Virus record (IMG/VR): IMGVR_UViG_3300028410_000746
Direction: 5' to 3' (one strand)
Origin: a virus
Taxonomy: Duplodnaviria; Caudoviricetes
Length of the DNA: 64,000 nucleotides
Shown: positions 29,342 through 38,086 of the stretch, piece by piece
Layout of the letters: every line of letters starts with the position of its first letter
Position numbering within the stretch: the first letter of the stretch is position 1
Program-made: the position numbers and the translations under genes
The notes under the pieces: model-generated
Databases searched by the model: none
Seen by the model: the letters and a program-made list of their open reading frames with translations, nothing else
What the model was told of the DNA's origin: nothing

Positions 29342-30426
29342 GGCTCACGTACCATCGTGTAAGAGGTCAACTGGTTGTCGGGATTGTAGACCGCCACGAT
29401 CGTGTAGGTCTCCGAGACGTTGGTATCCGCCAGCACGTCGGCCCTTGAGGGGTACAGTCTCACCGTCGCCCCCGTCAAGTTGTTGCTGCCGTCGTACGTC
29501 TGCCCCGTCAAGCTGAAGTTCTCATGGGTGAGTCCCAGGATGCGCGTCGTCGCCTCCGTGATCGCATCCACCTTCCCATCAAGGGCCGTGACGTCACCCT
29601 GAAGCGTCGTCACGTCCGTAGTCAGCGTCCCAACGTTCGTAGTCAGCGTGCTGACGTCTGTTGAGATCGCGGCTACGTCCGTTGAGAGCGTCCCCAGGTC
29701 CGTACCGGTGTTGGCACTCAAGACCTGCAAGGAGTCTGTGAGCGTATCAAAGCCCGCGCCTTGGATGTCCGTGACCTCCAGCGCGAGAGCATCGACCTTC
29801 CCATCGGTCGTGGCGATGTCCAGAAGAGCCGTGTCGACGTTGCCGTCCACGACTGCGAGATCTGAGGTCAGAGTGTCGACCTTGCCGTCCGTGGTCGCAA
29901 GGTTCGTGAGGACTGTATCGACCTTGCCGTCCGTAGTCGCAATGTCCGTGAGGACCGTAGCGATGTCCGTGAGGACCGTATCGACCTTACCATCGGTAGT
30001 CGCGAGGTCAGTGAGGAGGGTATCAACGTTGGCATCCACGACCGCAAGATCGGTGAGGACCGTATCGACCTTACCATCCGTGGTCGCAACCTGAGCGCTC
30101 ACGTCGTCCAGGACGTTGGCGGCGATGCTCGCGGAGAGGTTGTACTGGTCGAAGGTGCCCAGAGCCAGAGGGTCCTTGAAGGAGATCACCAGGAGGCCGA
30201 GCGTGTCGGTCTCCCCGGCTCCCAGATCCACGGCGTAAATCCCCGGCATGTTGGCCGCGCTCAGCTCCGTGAAGTTGAGACCCGTCAAAGCAAACGCAGC
30301 CGGGACGCCTCCGTCCTTGGATACGTAGGCCTCCACGTCTGTGTCGGTGAGCCCCGTTACAGACGTGCCGCCTGCTGCCAGAATGATCACCACAGTCGCG
30401 GCGGTGGATTGCTTAAGCTGAAGCAT
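29338..30426 (-). CDS. Fibre-like virion protein with coiled-coil repeats
   Basis: Tandem (T)TDGKVDTVLTDLA 14-aa repeats; N- and C-terminal domains shared with 30444-33917. Confidence 0.65.
   Translation of the reverse strand: MLQLKQSTAATVVIILAAGGTSVTGLTDTDVEAYVSKDGGVPAAFALTGLNFTELSAANMPGIYAVDLGAGETDTLGLLVISFKDPLALGTFDQYNLSASIAANVLDDVSAQVATTDGKVDTVLTDLAVVDANVDTLLTDLATTDGKVDTVLTDIATVLTDIATTDGKVDTVLTNLATTDGKVDTLTSDLAVVDGNVDTALLDIATTDGKVDALALEVTDIQGAGFDTLTDSLQVLSANTGTDLGTLSTDVAAISTDVSTLTTNVGTLTTDVTTLQGDVTALDGKVDAITEATTRILGLTHENFSLTGQTYDGSNNLTGATVRLYPSRADVLADTNVSETYTIVAVYNPDNQLTSYTMVREP
29781..30088. repeat. Degenerate 42-nt coding tandem repeat
   Basis: Recurring TCGACCTTRCCRTCSGTRGTCGC units encoding ATTDGKVD. 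Confidence 0.8.
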
Positions 30427-30443
30427 AGAGGCTCCTCAAGAGT

Positions 30444-33400
30444 TCAGGCGCGGCGGATAGAGTAATCATCGAGTCGGTTGGACACGTCATACACAGCCTC
30501 AAGTACGTAGGAGGCGATCGCGTTCGTCTCGTTGGCCACGTCTACAGCGGTGGGATAGGTGCGGATCGTGGCACCGATGAGGTTACCTGAGCCATCATAC
30601 GCGTGGTCCGTGATCCTAATGTTCTCCTGGCTGAGTCCCAGGATGCGAGTAATGAGGATCTGAATCTCCCCAAGGTCCGTCGAGATCGCCCCAACGTCCG
30701 TGGTCAGGGTCCCAACGTCCGTGGTCAGCGTTCCCACATCGGTTGAGATCGTTCCTACCTCCGTGGTCAGCGTCCCCACATCCGTGGAGAGCGTCCCCAC
30801 GTCTGTTGAGATCGCCGTCACATCACCCTGAACGGCGGTGAGGTCCGTCTGAACCGTCCCCACATCCGTGGAGAGCGTCGAGATCGCCGTGGACTGCGTG
30901 TCCGCGCCGTCACTCAGGATCTTGAGCGAGTCTGTCGCCGTGTTGAAGCCCGCACCCTGTATGTCCGTCAAGGCGTCCGTAACGGGGGAAAGATCCACCG
31001 CAGCACCTGACGTGACCCGATAGCGCAGGGTCACGGGATCTATCGCCGCCGAGAGTGCGTCAATGCGCAGGATGTAGACGTCACCATCGGACTGTCCCGT
31101 GGCCCATAGCACTCCGTTGGCGCCATCAATCGAGTCCAGATCCGCGACGGGAGGTCCTGCCGTGATCGCATCCACTACGCCCGAAGACTGCCACGTCGTG
31201 CCGCCATCCTGCGTATACAAGACCACCCCCGCAGCTCCCACGACCCACGCCTGCGTGGTCGACACCGCGATCACCCCGTTGAGGGTAGTCGCCACTCCGG
31301 AGGTTTGAGCGCTGAAGCTCGCGCCTCCGTCCACCGTCTTGAAGATCTGCCCGTTCTGCCCCACGACCCAACCCGTCAAGGTACCAGACACGAAGTCCAC
31401 GTCGGTAAGAATGTCTGTGGTTGGCATGGGGACTGTCGCCCACGACGCACCCGAGTCATCACTGCGAATCGCGAATCCGTCCGTGGTGCCATCGTTACCA
31501 ACTGCCAGGATGGTCCCGGAGAGCTGAGCATCAATGCCCGTGAAGAACTGGCCGAAGGAACCCAAATCCCCTTCATTGTAGAGCACGACCTGGAGGTTCG
31601 CATTCACCGTTCGATCGACGACGACCACGTTACCTCCCGCGACTCCATAGAAGAGCTGCGTAGAGGGCGCGGCCATGTCTCGAATTGACGCGAAGACCGC
31701 AAACGAATCCTCCGTGGCGAGATCAAAGTTAGCTCCTGCGTCGTCTGAGAACGAAATGTAAGGCTGGCCCGAGTCCTCCCCGCCTACCAGGAGGAAGTCC
31801 GTACCAGGGACACCCTGAACACAACGGTCCGTGAAGTTGACCCCCCCAAGGCTTGTCCAGGCCGTACCGCCATTGATAGTCGAGATAACCTCTCCACCTC
31901 CAAAGCCGTTGCCCCTCGCGATGTACGCGACCGTATTGGAGACCGCGTACACGCCATTGCCTGAATCCTCCACGCCCCCAGGATCGGACTGCTGCTCCGC
32001 GTTCGTGATCGCCAGACCTCCAGCTCGAAGATCAAGCACGAGGTCTCCCGCGACGTTCGTATCCCCCACGCCCAAGGTGACGGAGTACCAACCGGGAAGC
32101 GCCGCGTCGTCCAGCTCCGTCAACGTCGTGTTGACCGTGTTGACCGCCGAAGCCCCCGCCTTGAACAGAAGGCTCGTGAGGGCGGACCCGCTTACGCCCG
32201 TGTTCGGCTCCCCGTCTCGGGAGAGGTAGAGCGTAGACACGTGCTCAGTCTCAATATCCAGGACGTACCCAGGACGCTGACGAGACAGCTCCGCTCGGAG
32301 CGTGCCGATCACCGTATCAAGGGCGCTTGCCGGCTCCAGCTCCACCCACAACCTCGCCGCGTCGAAGTCTGCCGCCTGCTTACCCAGCTCCAGCCTGTCA
32401 CCTGTGTTCGCTTGCGGCAAGAAGACCGCCGAGTCTGCCACGTACGTGTCCTGAATCGTCAGGCCAATCGCGGCCGCCTCAGGAGGTACGCTAAAGGTCG
32501 CGCCCGCGTCATTGGTGTAAATGAGCGTACCCGACTCGCCCACCACATACGCCTCAGTCGCGCTGACCATGTGCACGCCGGTCAAGGCCTGAACCGTGCC
32601 CGTGTTGGCCGTCACGTCCGTCCAGTTGTCTCCAGTATCGGTCGTGTAGATCACCGTTCCGTTGTCGCCCACCGCGAATCCCGAACCCGAACCCGGAAAC
32701 AGATGCACGGCTCGAAGGCCGTCAACAGCCGGGAGGACTGAGGGTGCAACCAGAGCGAACCCTCCCGTAGCGCGCCGGACATACGCTGCGCCGCCGCCCG
32801 TCTCCCCAACCAGCACGATCGAGTTGGAGGTAGGCACGTCCACGTCATAGACCTCAATACCCACGTGCGTCGAGCTGGCGGACAAGATCGGGGAGAAGAA
32901 CGCCCCCTGATAGAGAATCCCATCGCCCCCGGCAGTCTGGCCGATCACGAAGAAGGCCGTACCTCCCGGCTGAACCGCACAACGCCGCGTCGTCGTGAGG
33001 GTCGCGGGAGCAAAGAAATCAACAGCCTCCGTCCAGGTCTCCCCGCCGTCTTCCGTGTAGTACGCAAATCCCAGGTCGCCGTTTGACTCCCACGCCGCGA
33101 CCACGATGCGGTCCGGATCTTCTACGTCACCAGCTACACCAGAAGGCCTCTTCGTGAAGCCGCCACCCGATCGAAACTCGATGTTGGTGAAGGTATCCCC
33201 ACGGTCCGACGAGAAGGCCACCTGATCCGTATCAAAGAAGTCCGTCACCCAGACGTCCACGGCATTGCGCGTACGGGAAGCCGCCCACACCGACGTTGCC
33301 GAGGTCAACGAGTAGCCAAGGTCCACCAGATCACGTGGGATCGGGTTCAGTGGCCGCACCTGCGTCACGACCGTTCCCGGCTCCTGCGTGAAGGCATCCC

Positions 33401-33917
33401 CCAGGGTCACCGTGTAGAGACCCTGACCCACCTCAGTGAGCGAGTCGAACACCGTGTTGACCGCCGACGTGCCGTTGATTACGACGTCCGTTGACACGGA
33501 GGCCCCCGTAAGGCCCGTCACAGCCGTCCCATCTCTTACCAGGGGTACGAGCAAGGTCAGCTCGCTGCCGACCGTCTCCGAGCGAGTATAGAGGCTCTCA
33601 CCCCCTGCGACGGATGCCCCGATCTGAAGCGTTTGCGTGTACTGCGCCACACCGGAAGCGCCAACCTCCGTGATCACAAAGGTGAACTCCCCTCGCGTGT
33701 CGAACTCCAGAGCGGTAAACGCCACCTCATACACGCCGGGCATGTTGGTCGCGTCCAGCTCCGCGAAGTTGTCGGAGGTGAGCGTCTTTTCAACGGGCGA
33801 GCCCGCGTCTTTGCGGTAATAGAGGGCAACGTCTGCGGCCACCAATCCCGTCAAGGGGGCGCCCGCCGCGTCGACGAGTAGCATGGACACCGTGTCAGCG
33901 GAGTTGAGCGCGCGCAT
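30444..33917 (-). CDS. Virion fibre protein with two Asp-box (BNR/YCF48-like) beta-propeller regions
   Basis: YTEDGGETW, TTDTGDNW, TNDAGATF, SDDAGANF, SDDSGASW, TVDGGASF, TQDGGTTW; C-terminal heptad repeats. Confidence 0.75.
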   Translation of the reverse strand: MRALNSADTVSMLLVDAAGAPLTGLVAADVALYYRKDAGSPVEKTLTSDNFAELDATNMPGVYEVAFTALEFDTRGEFTFVITEVGASGVAQYTQTLQIGASVAGGESLYTRSETVGSELTLLVPLVRDGTAVTGLTGASVSTDVVINGTSAVNTVFDSLTEVGQGLYTVTLGDAFTQEPGTVVTQVRPLNPIPRDLVDLGYSLTSATSVWAASRTRNAVDVWVTDFFDTDQVAFSSDRGDTFTNIEFRSGGGFTKRPSGVAGDVEDPDRIVVAAWESNGDLGFAYYTEDGGETWTEAVDFFAPATLTTTRRCAVQPGGTAFFVIGQTAGGDGILYQGAFFSPILSASSTHVGIEVYDVDVPTSNSIVLVGETGGGAAYVRRATGGFALVAPSVLPAVDGLRAVHLFPGSGSGFAVGDNGTVIYTTDTGDNWTDVTANTGTVQALTGVHMVSATEAYVVGESGTLIYTNDAGATFSVPPEAAAIGLTIQDTYVADSAVFLPQANTGDRLELGKQAADFDAARLWVELEPASALDTVIGTLRAELSRQRPGYVLDIETEHVSTLYLSRDGEPNTGVSGSALTSLLFKAGASAVNTVNTTLTELDDAALPGWYSVTLGVGDTNVAGDLVLDLRAGGLAITNAEQQSDPGGVEDSGNGVYAVSNTVAYIARGNGFGGGEVISTINGGTAWTSLGGVNFTDRCVQGVPGTDFLLVGGEDSGQPYISFSDDAGANFDLATEDSFAVFASIRDMAAPSTQLFYGVAGGNVVVVDRTVNANLQVVLYNEGDLGSFGQFFTGIDAQLSGTILAVGNDGTTDGFAIRSDDSGASWATVPMPTTDILTDVDFVSGTLTGWVVGQNGQIFKTVDGGASFSAQTSGVATTLNGVIAVSTTQAWVVGAAGVVLYTQDGGTTWQSSGVVDAITAGPPVADLDSIDGANGVLWATGQSDGDVYILRIDALSAAIDPVTLRYRVTSGAAVDLSPVTDALTDIQGAGFNTATDSLKILSDGADTQSTAISTLSTDVGTVQTDLTAVQGDVTAISTDVGTLSTDVGTLTTEVGTISTDVGTLTTDVGTLTTDVGAISTDLGEIQILITRILGLSQENIRITDHAYDGSGNLIGATIRTYPTAVDVANETNAIASYVLEAVYDVSNRLDDYSIRRA
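30679..30892. repeat. Degenerate 21-nt coding tandem repeat
   Basis: Units such as GTGGTCAGCGTCCCCACATCC encoding (T)DVGTL(S/T)T heptads. Confidence 0.8.
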
Positions 33918-33994
33918 AGATGCGTTCCTCGTGGGGGGTGCAGAAAGAGGACCCGGAGGTCCTCACTCGCTTTCCCCCCGCTATAAGTGGATTC

Positions 33995-34453
33995 TCACCC
34001 CCAGCACACCGACTCCCAACCCTCCTTCTGGGCGCGGGCCACGTAATCTCGAATCTCGGAGACTCGACCGTGGAGGTAGCCCGCAGGCCGGAGCTGGCGA
34101 AGGACCGAAGCACCCCGCACGATCTCGCTCACGCCGTCCGAGCGGACCTCTACGCGGCGAGGACCCATCTCAACCGAACCCTGTATGGCCGGGTCCTGCT
34201 CACGGCTCAGAAACCGCATGCACGCTCTCCGGACGCGGGGGTAATCCTCCGGGCCCCAGGACCCGCCGTACTCGCTCGGCTCTCCGAGGCACTGGAGCAA
34301 CTCCAGTGCGTTGGAGTTGGACATCTGGATGTCCTCCTGAAACTCGATGCGGTCGACGCCGCTGCCGTCGCAGTGGCGGCAGGAAGGCCTGTCGCAACAC
34401 TCGAACTCCTCAATCTTAACCGGCGCATCGTTGGAAAAAAAGCTGATGGACAT
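33995..34453 (-). CDS. Hypothetical protein
   Basis: 152 aa with a CxxxxCxxC motif; own promoter. Confidence 0.6.
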   Translation of the reverse strand: MSISFFSNDAPVKIEEFECCDRPSCRHCDGSGVDRIEFQEDIQMSNSNALELLQCLGEPSEYGGSWGPEDYPRVRRACMRFLSREQDPAIQGSVEMGPRRVEVRSDGVSEIVRGASVLRQLRPAGYLHGRVSEIRDYVARAQKEGWESVCWG

Positions 34454-34521
34454 GAGGTGCCTCGTGATCTGGTGCGCCGTTTCGGCGCGGTGTGTCGTTG
34501 TCTGTCTCGTCTCTCACCTCT

Positions 34522-34550
34522 CATGTACCACAAGGGGTGGAGAGCGTAAA
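34522..34550 (-). promoter_or_regulatory. Conserved phage promoter, copy 3
   Basis: TTTACG-N17(TGTGG)-TACATG. Confidence 0.7.
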
Positions 34551-34647
34551 AAGAATCTCAGAAAGGCCGCAAAAAAGATCACGCAAGAACGAAGCGACCC
34601 CCTCCCCGCAATGGGTGAGGGGGTCGGTGAGTCAGCTCAAGAGAGGC

Positions 34648-35064
34648 TCAGGAGAAGTGGGTTCCGAGGACCTCAGGGTTGATGCGGACCCCGTTCGAGC
34701 CCTTACCCTTCAGGCTCTCATCGGCTCGGCACTCGCGGCACCAGCTCTGGAGGTAGGTCTTGCCCCGAGCCTTGTAGAACCGGAGTCCGAAGGTCTCCTT
34801 GATCCCCTGGAGACCTTGAGCCTCCAGTCCACAGCAAGGGCAAGCGTGGACGATGTTCTCCCAGGGCTGGAGCCTTCCGACGAGACCCCTGTGGTCTCCG
34901 CGCGTCACCTCCGGCCAGCGGCTCACCAGGAGGTCGTAGAGGCTGCTCACCGCCTCCTCAGGGATCTCAGGGTTGGCGTGGGTCCAGCAGGCGATGAAAT
35001 CTTTGCGGAGGTTGAGGCTCTTGGCGTTCTTGAGGCTCTTGGCGGCGGCGTTCTGGACTTTCAT
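34648..35064 (-). CDS. Hypothetical zinc-binding protein
   Basis: CPCCG...QSWCREC Cys pairs. Confidence 0.6.
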   Translation of the reverse strand: MKVQNAAAKSLKNAKSLNLRKDFIACWTHANPEIPEEAVSSLYDLLVSRWPEVTRGDHRGLVGRLQPWENIVHACPCCGLEAQGLQGIKETFGLRFYKARGKTYLQSWCRECRADESLKGKGSNGVRINPEVLGTHFS

Positions 35065-35126
35065 GACTTCCTCTCTTTCGTGTTGCGCCGTGATCCGGCG
35101 CCGTGTCTCTCTTGTCTCTCACCTCT

Positions 35127-35155
35127 CATGTACCACAAGGAGTGGGGAGCGTAAA
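35127..35155 (-). promoter_or_regulatory. Conserved phage promoter, copy 4
   Basis: TTTACG-N17(TGTGG)-TACATG. Confidence 0.7.
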
Positions 35156-35182
35156 AAGAATCTCAGAAAGGCCGCCGAAATC

Positions 35183-35770
35183 TCAAACGTGGGGGTCCTG
35201 CTTGATGACCGCGCCGCTGAAGCCCAGGCCCGAGTAACGGATAGCCTTGATGCTATCACCCTTGGTGGCCCATCCACGCTGGCCGTTGCCCCGCTTCTGA
35301 CGTCGGGTCCAGCACTGAGCGGGGATGTCCTCAAGAGCGACGCCCTCCTCCAGGGCCTGACGCGCCGATCGGAGGTCCGCAACCCAGATCTTCTTCTGCG
35401 AGTCTACCTTGGTGATGATCGCTCCGTAGGAGTCCCCCTGGACGTAGCGGGAAATCTCCCGACCCGCCTTCAGGATCGGGACGATCCTGATGTCCCTCAG
35501 CGCCAGGAAGTTGGAGCCGACCGCTTCTGCCAGCTCCTGGAAGCCAACGTGCTTCCAGGAGCTGCTCATCCAGTCGAAGAGGACCGAGAACTCCGCCGTT
35601 CGGTGGTCCATCCCCTCTTTCTCAGCCAGGATGCGGCCAAACTCTTCAACGGCTATCTTTTGAAGGTCTCGGCTCTCAAGTTTTACCAGGAGGCCTCTGA
35701 AGGCGAAGTTCTCCCGGTCACCGGACCGGACGTCTGCGAGGAAGCTGCGCATCTCACCGTAATTCGACAT
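35183..35770 (-). CDS. Hypothetical protein
   Basis: 195 aa, AGGAG RBS. Confidence 0.6.
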   Translation of the reverse strand: MSNYGEMRSFLADVRSGDRENFAFRGLLVKLESRDLQKIAVEEFGRILAEKEGMDHRTAEFSVLFDWMSSSWKHVGFQELAEAVGSNFLALRDIRIVPILKAGREISRYVQGDSYGAIITKVDSQKKIWVADLRSARQALEEGVALEDIPAQCWTRRQKRGNGQRGWATKGDSIKAIRYSGLGFSGAVIKQDPHV

Positions 35771-35855
35771 TGTTCTCTCCTGTATCGTGGTGCGCCGTTG
35801 GGGCGTGGTGCGCCGTGATCCGGCGCCGTAGTGTGTTGCTCTCTCTTACACACTC

Positions 35856-35884
35856 TATATACCACAAGGGGTAGGGGTCGTAAA
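35856..35884 (-). promoter_or_regulatory. Conserved phage promoter, copy 5
   Basis: TTTACG-N17(TGTGG)-TATATA. Confidence 0.7.
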
Positions 35885-35924
35885 AACTATCTCAGAATAG
35901 TTACAGAACCGGGAAAGCACCTAC

Positions 35925-35956
35925 AAAAAAACCTCCTCGCAGGTGAGCGAGGAGGT
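35925..35956 (-). terminator. Rho-independent terminator
   Basis: ACCTCCTCGC-TCACCT-GCGAGGAGGT followed by a T run on the minus strand, downstream of 35981-36370. Confidence 0.85.
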
Positions 35957-35980
35957 CGGGAGTGTTGAAGGAGAGGGCCG

Positions 35981-36370
35981 TCAGCGTGCGTGGTTCACGT
36001 TGACGTAGAAGTTAACGTGGAAGTAGTCGCTCGCCATGTCCGAGCCGTCGAAGTTGTAGGCCTTGGCGATCGCCTCCAAGGCGGCATCCACCGCTTTGCG
36101 CTGGTCGGAGTAGACACTCTCGACCCGGTACATGGCCTTCTCCATATCGGACGCCTCGCGGCGCAGCTCGTAGGCGTACTCCTTGACCTCGATGCTGAGG
36201 CTCTGACCCCCTGAGTAGCGCTTGATGCGCACGCTCGCCTTGATCTTGGGGAGGTCCCCCGCCTTGACGGCGGCCTTGATGTCCTGGCGGACCTTCTTGG
36301 CGATCTCGGAAATGTCAAGGCCCTGCTCGTACTTGGAACCGTAAGCGACGGAGTAATCAGGAGCGTGCAT
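35981..36370 (-). CDS. LPD29-like (large polyvalent protein-associated domain) protein
   Basis: EIAKKVRQDIK...SVRIKRYSGGQSLSI...AYNFDGSDMASDYFHVNFY matches my recollection of the LPD29 pattern. Confidence 0.65.
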   Translation of the reverse strand: MHAPDYSVAYGSKYEQGLDISEIAKKVRQDIKAAVKAGDLPKIKASVRIKRYSGGQSLSIEVKEYAYELRREASDMEKAMYRVESVYSDQRKAVDAALEAIAKAYNFDGSDMASDYFHVNFYVNVNHAR

Positions 36371-36432
36371 CGTATCCTCTCTTTTCGTGTTGCCCCGTAT
36401 CGGGGCGGTGTGTCGTTCTGTCTCTCACCTCT

Positions 36433-36461
36433 CATGTACCACAAGGGGTGGAGAGCGTAAA
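36433..36461 (-). promoter_or_regulatory. Conserved phage promoter, copy 6
   Basis: TTTACG-N17(TGTGG)-TACATG. Confidence 0.7.
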
Positions 36462-36481
36462 AACTATCTGAGTTCGTCACG

Positions 36482-36544
36482 AAAAAAAAAAGACCCCAGA
36501 CGCACGAAACATCCACACTTCTCAACAAGTGTGGATGTTTCGTG
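36482..36544 (-). terminator. Long perfect hairpin (18-bp stem) followed by a T tract
   Basis: CACGAAACATCCACACTT (36503-36520) and AAGTGTGGATGTTTCGTG (36527-36544); T10 at 36482-36491 on the minus strand. Confidence 0.7.
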
Positions 36545-36558
36545 ATGTCGAAGGGGTA

Positions 36559-36882
36559 TCAGGAGCGGGGGGTCGGACGCGGCCGCGCGAGGAGCCTCTC
36601 CATCACAGCATCGTTCTGAGCGGCCCGACATTGCGCCTCAACGCCCTGGAGGCCCCAGACTCGACCCAGGACCATGAGAGCCTCACACCACTCCTGAGGC
36701 GTCTCAGGAGCGCGACCACGGCCCTTCTCGAAGGCCACCCGCACCTGACGGTTTAGCCGGGGAGAGCCGACCCACTCCAACCGGGCGAGTAGACCCGCCT
36801 GAACCTTGTAGTAGGCCCGAGCCTCCGCGTCGTCGGCGGGCGCGGTGTAGTCGAGCTTGGCGAGCTGTGCGTCGTAATCCAT
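36559..36882 (-). CDS. Hypothetical protein
   Basis: 107 aa, own promoter. Confidence 0.6.
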   Translation of the reverse strand: MDYDAQLAKLDYTAPADDAEARAYYKVQAGLLARLEWVGSPRLNRQVRVAFEKGRGRAPETPQEWCEALMVLGRVWGLQGVEAQCRAAQNDAVMERLLARPRPTPRS

Positions 36883-36923
36883 GTCCTGAGCCTTGCCGTT
36901 AGGTAATGAAGGTGACTACCTTC

Positions 36924-36952
36924 CATATACCACAACGCTGGCTAGACGTAAA
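36924..36952 (-). promoter_or_regulatory. Conserved phage promoter, copy 7
   Basis: TTTACG-N17(TGTGG)-TATATG. Confidence 0.7.
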
Positions 36953-36960
36953 AAGAAAGA

Positions 36961-37266
36961 TCAGGTAGGCAGAAGCTCGCGGCGCACAAGATCCTCTTCC
37001 TCATCCAGCGTCATGACGAATGCAAGGTAATCCTTGTACTGGGCGTCTGTGATCTCATAGCTACGAGTAGACCCACCCACGCCGATCACGTGCAGATGGT
37101 GTGACGGACTCCCAGGGACGTAGGTGACCACCACCCCCTTGGGAATGAGCACGAGGGTGGAGTGCGTGTCGCTCTCGACGAGCGTGATCACGATCACCTC
37201 CTCTCCCACGTTCTCCCAGACAGGGTGATCAAAGTTGGGCACTTGCGCCCATTGCAACGTGTTCAA
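36961..37266 (-). CDS. Hypothetical protein
   Basis: 101 aa, GGAGG RBS, TTG start. Confidence 0.55.
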   Translation of the reverse strand: MNTLQWAQVPNFDHPVWENVGEEVIVITLVESDTHSTLVLIPKGVVVTYVPGSPSHHLHVIGVGGSTRSYEITDAQYKDYLAFVMTLDEEEDLVRRELLPT

Positions 37267-37463
37267 AGCTCAACCTCCTTCCAACTGGCGGTACGGCGTG
37301 GAGGGGTCTCAGGCTCCTCACAGGGACGAGCCCAGATGAAGTACGGACCAAAGCCCGTGACTACGCTCTCACGATCATTCACAAGCACAAGATCCCCCAC
37401 TACAAGGTCTGTGTTCGTGACGCGCTTCCAGTTCTCGGGAGTGTCAAGGTGGTCGAAGAGCAT
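37263..37463 (-). CDS. Hypothetical protein
   Basis: Likely start MLFDHLDT after a GGAG RBS. Confidence 0.5.
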   Translation of the reverse strand: MLFDHLDTPENWKRVTNTDLVVGDLVLVNDRESVVTGFGPYFIWARPCEEPETPPRRTASWKEVEL

Positions 37464-37495
37464 GGATTCTCCTTTCGGATTGGGTAAATTCACAC

Positions 37496-38086
37496 CTACT
37501 CTATACCACACGACGGGCTCCTCGTAAGAAGTTCGCCGTCTTTTATCCGAGACATGGCCCAACCGCCCTTCGGCGCGCGCACGACCTGGAAGCGGTACGG
37601 CGTGTCCGGGAACGCAAGCTCAACCCCCTCGTCGAGGTCCCGGATGTGGATGTACAGATCGCCTGCCGCGTTGAACCACCGGCGCGTCTGGTCCCACCTT
37701 GGGTGAATCCGATCGTACTCCTTGAGGTTGCCTTCTTCGAGGAGCTGCTCCGGCTCTTCCATGATCGCGTACCACGGCCGGGAGTAGCGCACAGGGGGCG
37801 GGTACGGAAAGGGCTCCTTGCCCGACCGTAGACGCCTCAAGAGTGCCGAGTGTTGTGCGTCGGTCACCAGACGTCCAACGGTGTTCGGATACTTGCCCTC
37901 AGGCCCACCGGGTCGGCAGGCCTCAAAACGGACCCGAAGCCACGTCAAGACGTGCTCGACCTCTTGCCCCTCGTAAGGGCTGAAGAGGTCGCGCAAGAAA
38001 GCCTCACGTCTCGCCGGCGTCTCGGGGATGGCCGTGTGGCTGCCGACCTCATCCCGTATCTGACTGTAGTTCAAAGGAACCTTCAT
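37496..38086 (-). CDS. Hypothetical protein
   Basis: 196 aa, GGAGG RBS. Confidence 0.6.
   Translation of the reverse strand: MKVPLNYSQIRDEVGSHTAIPETPARREAFLRDLFSPYEGQEVEHVLTWLRVRFEACRPGGPEGKYPNTVGRLVTDAQHSALLRRLRSGKEPFPYPPPVRYSRPWYAIMEEPEQLLEEGNLKEYDRIHPRWDQTRRWFNAAGDLYIHIRDLDEGVELAFPDTPYRFQVVRAPKGGWAMSRIKDGELLTRSPSCGIE
37500..37528 (-). promoter_or_regulatory. Conserved phage promoter, copy 8 (variant)
   Basis: CTTACG-N17(TGTGG)-TATAGA. Confidence 0.6.
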
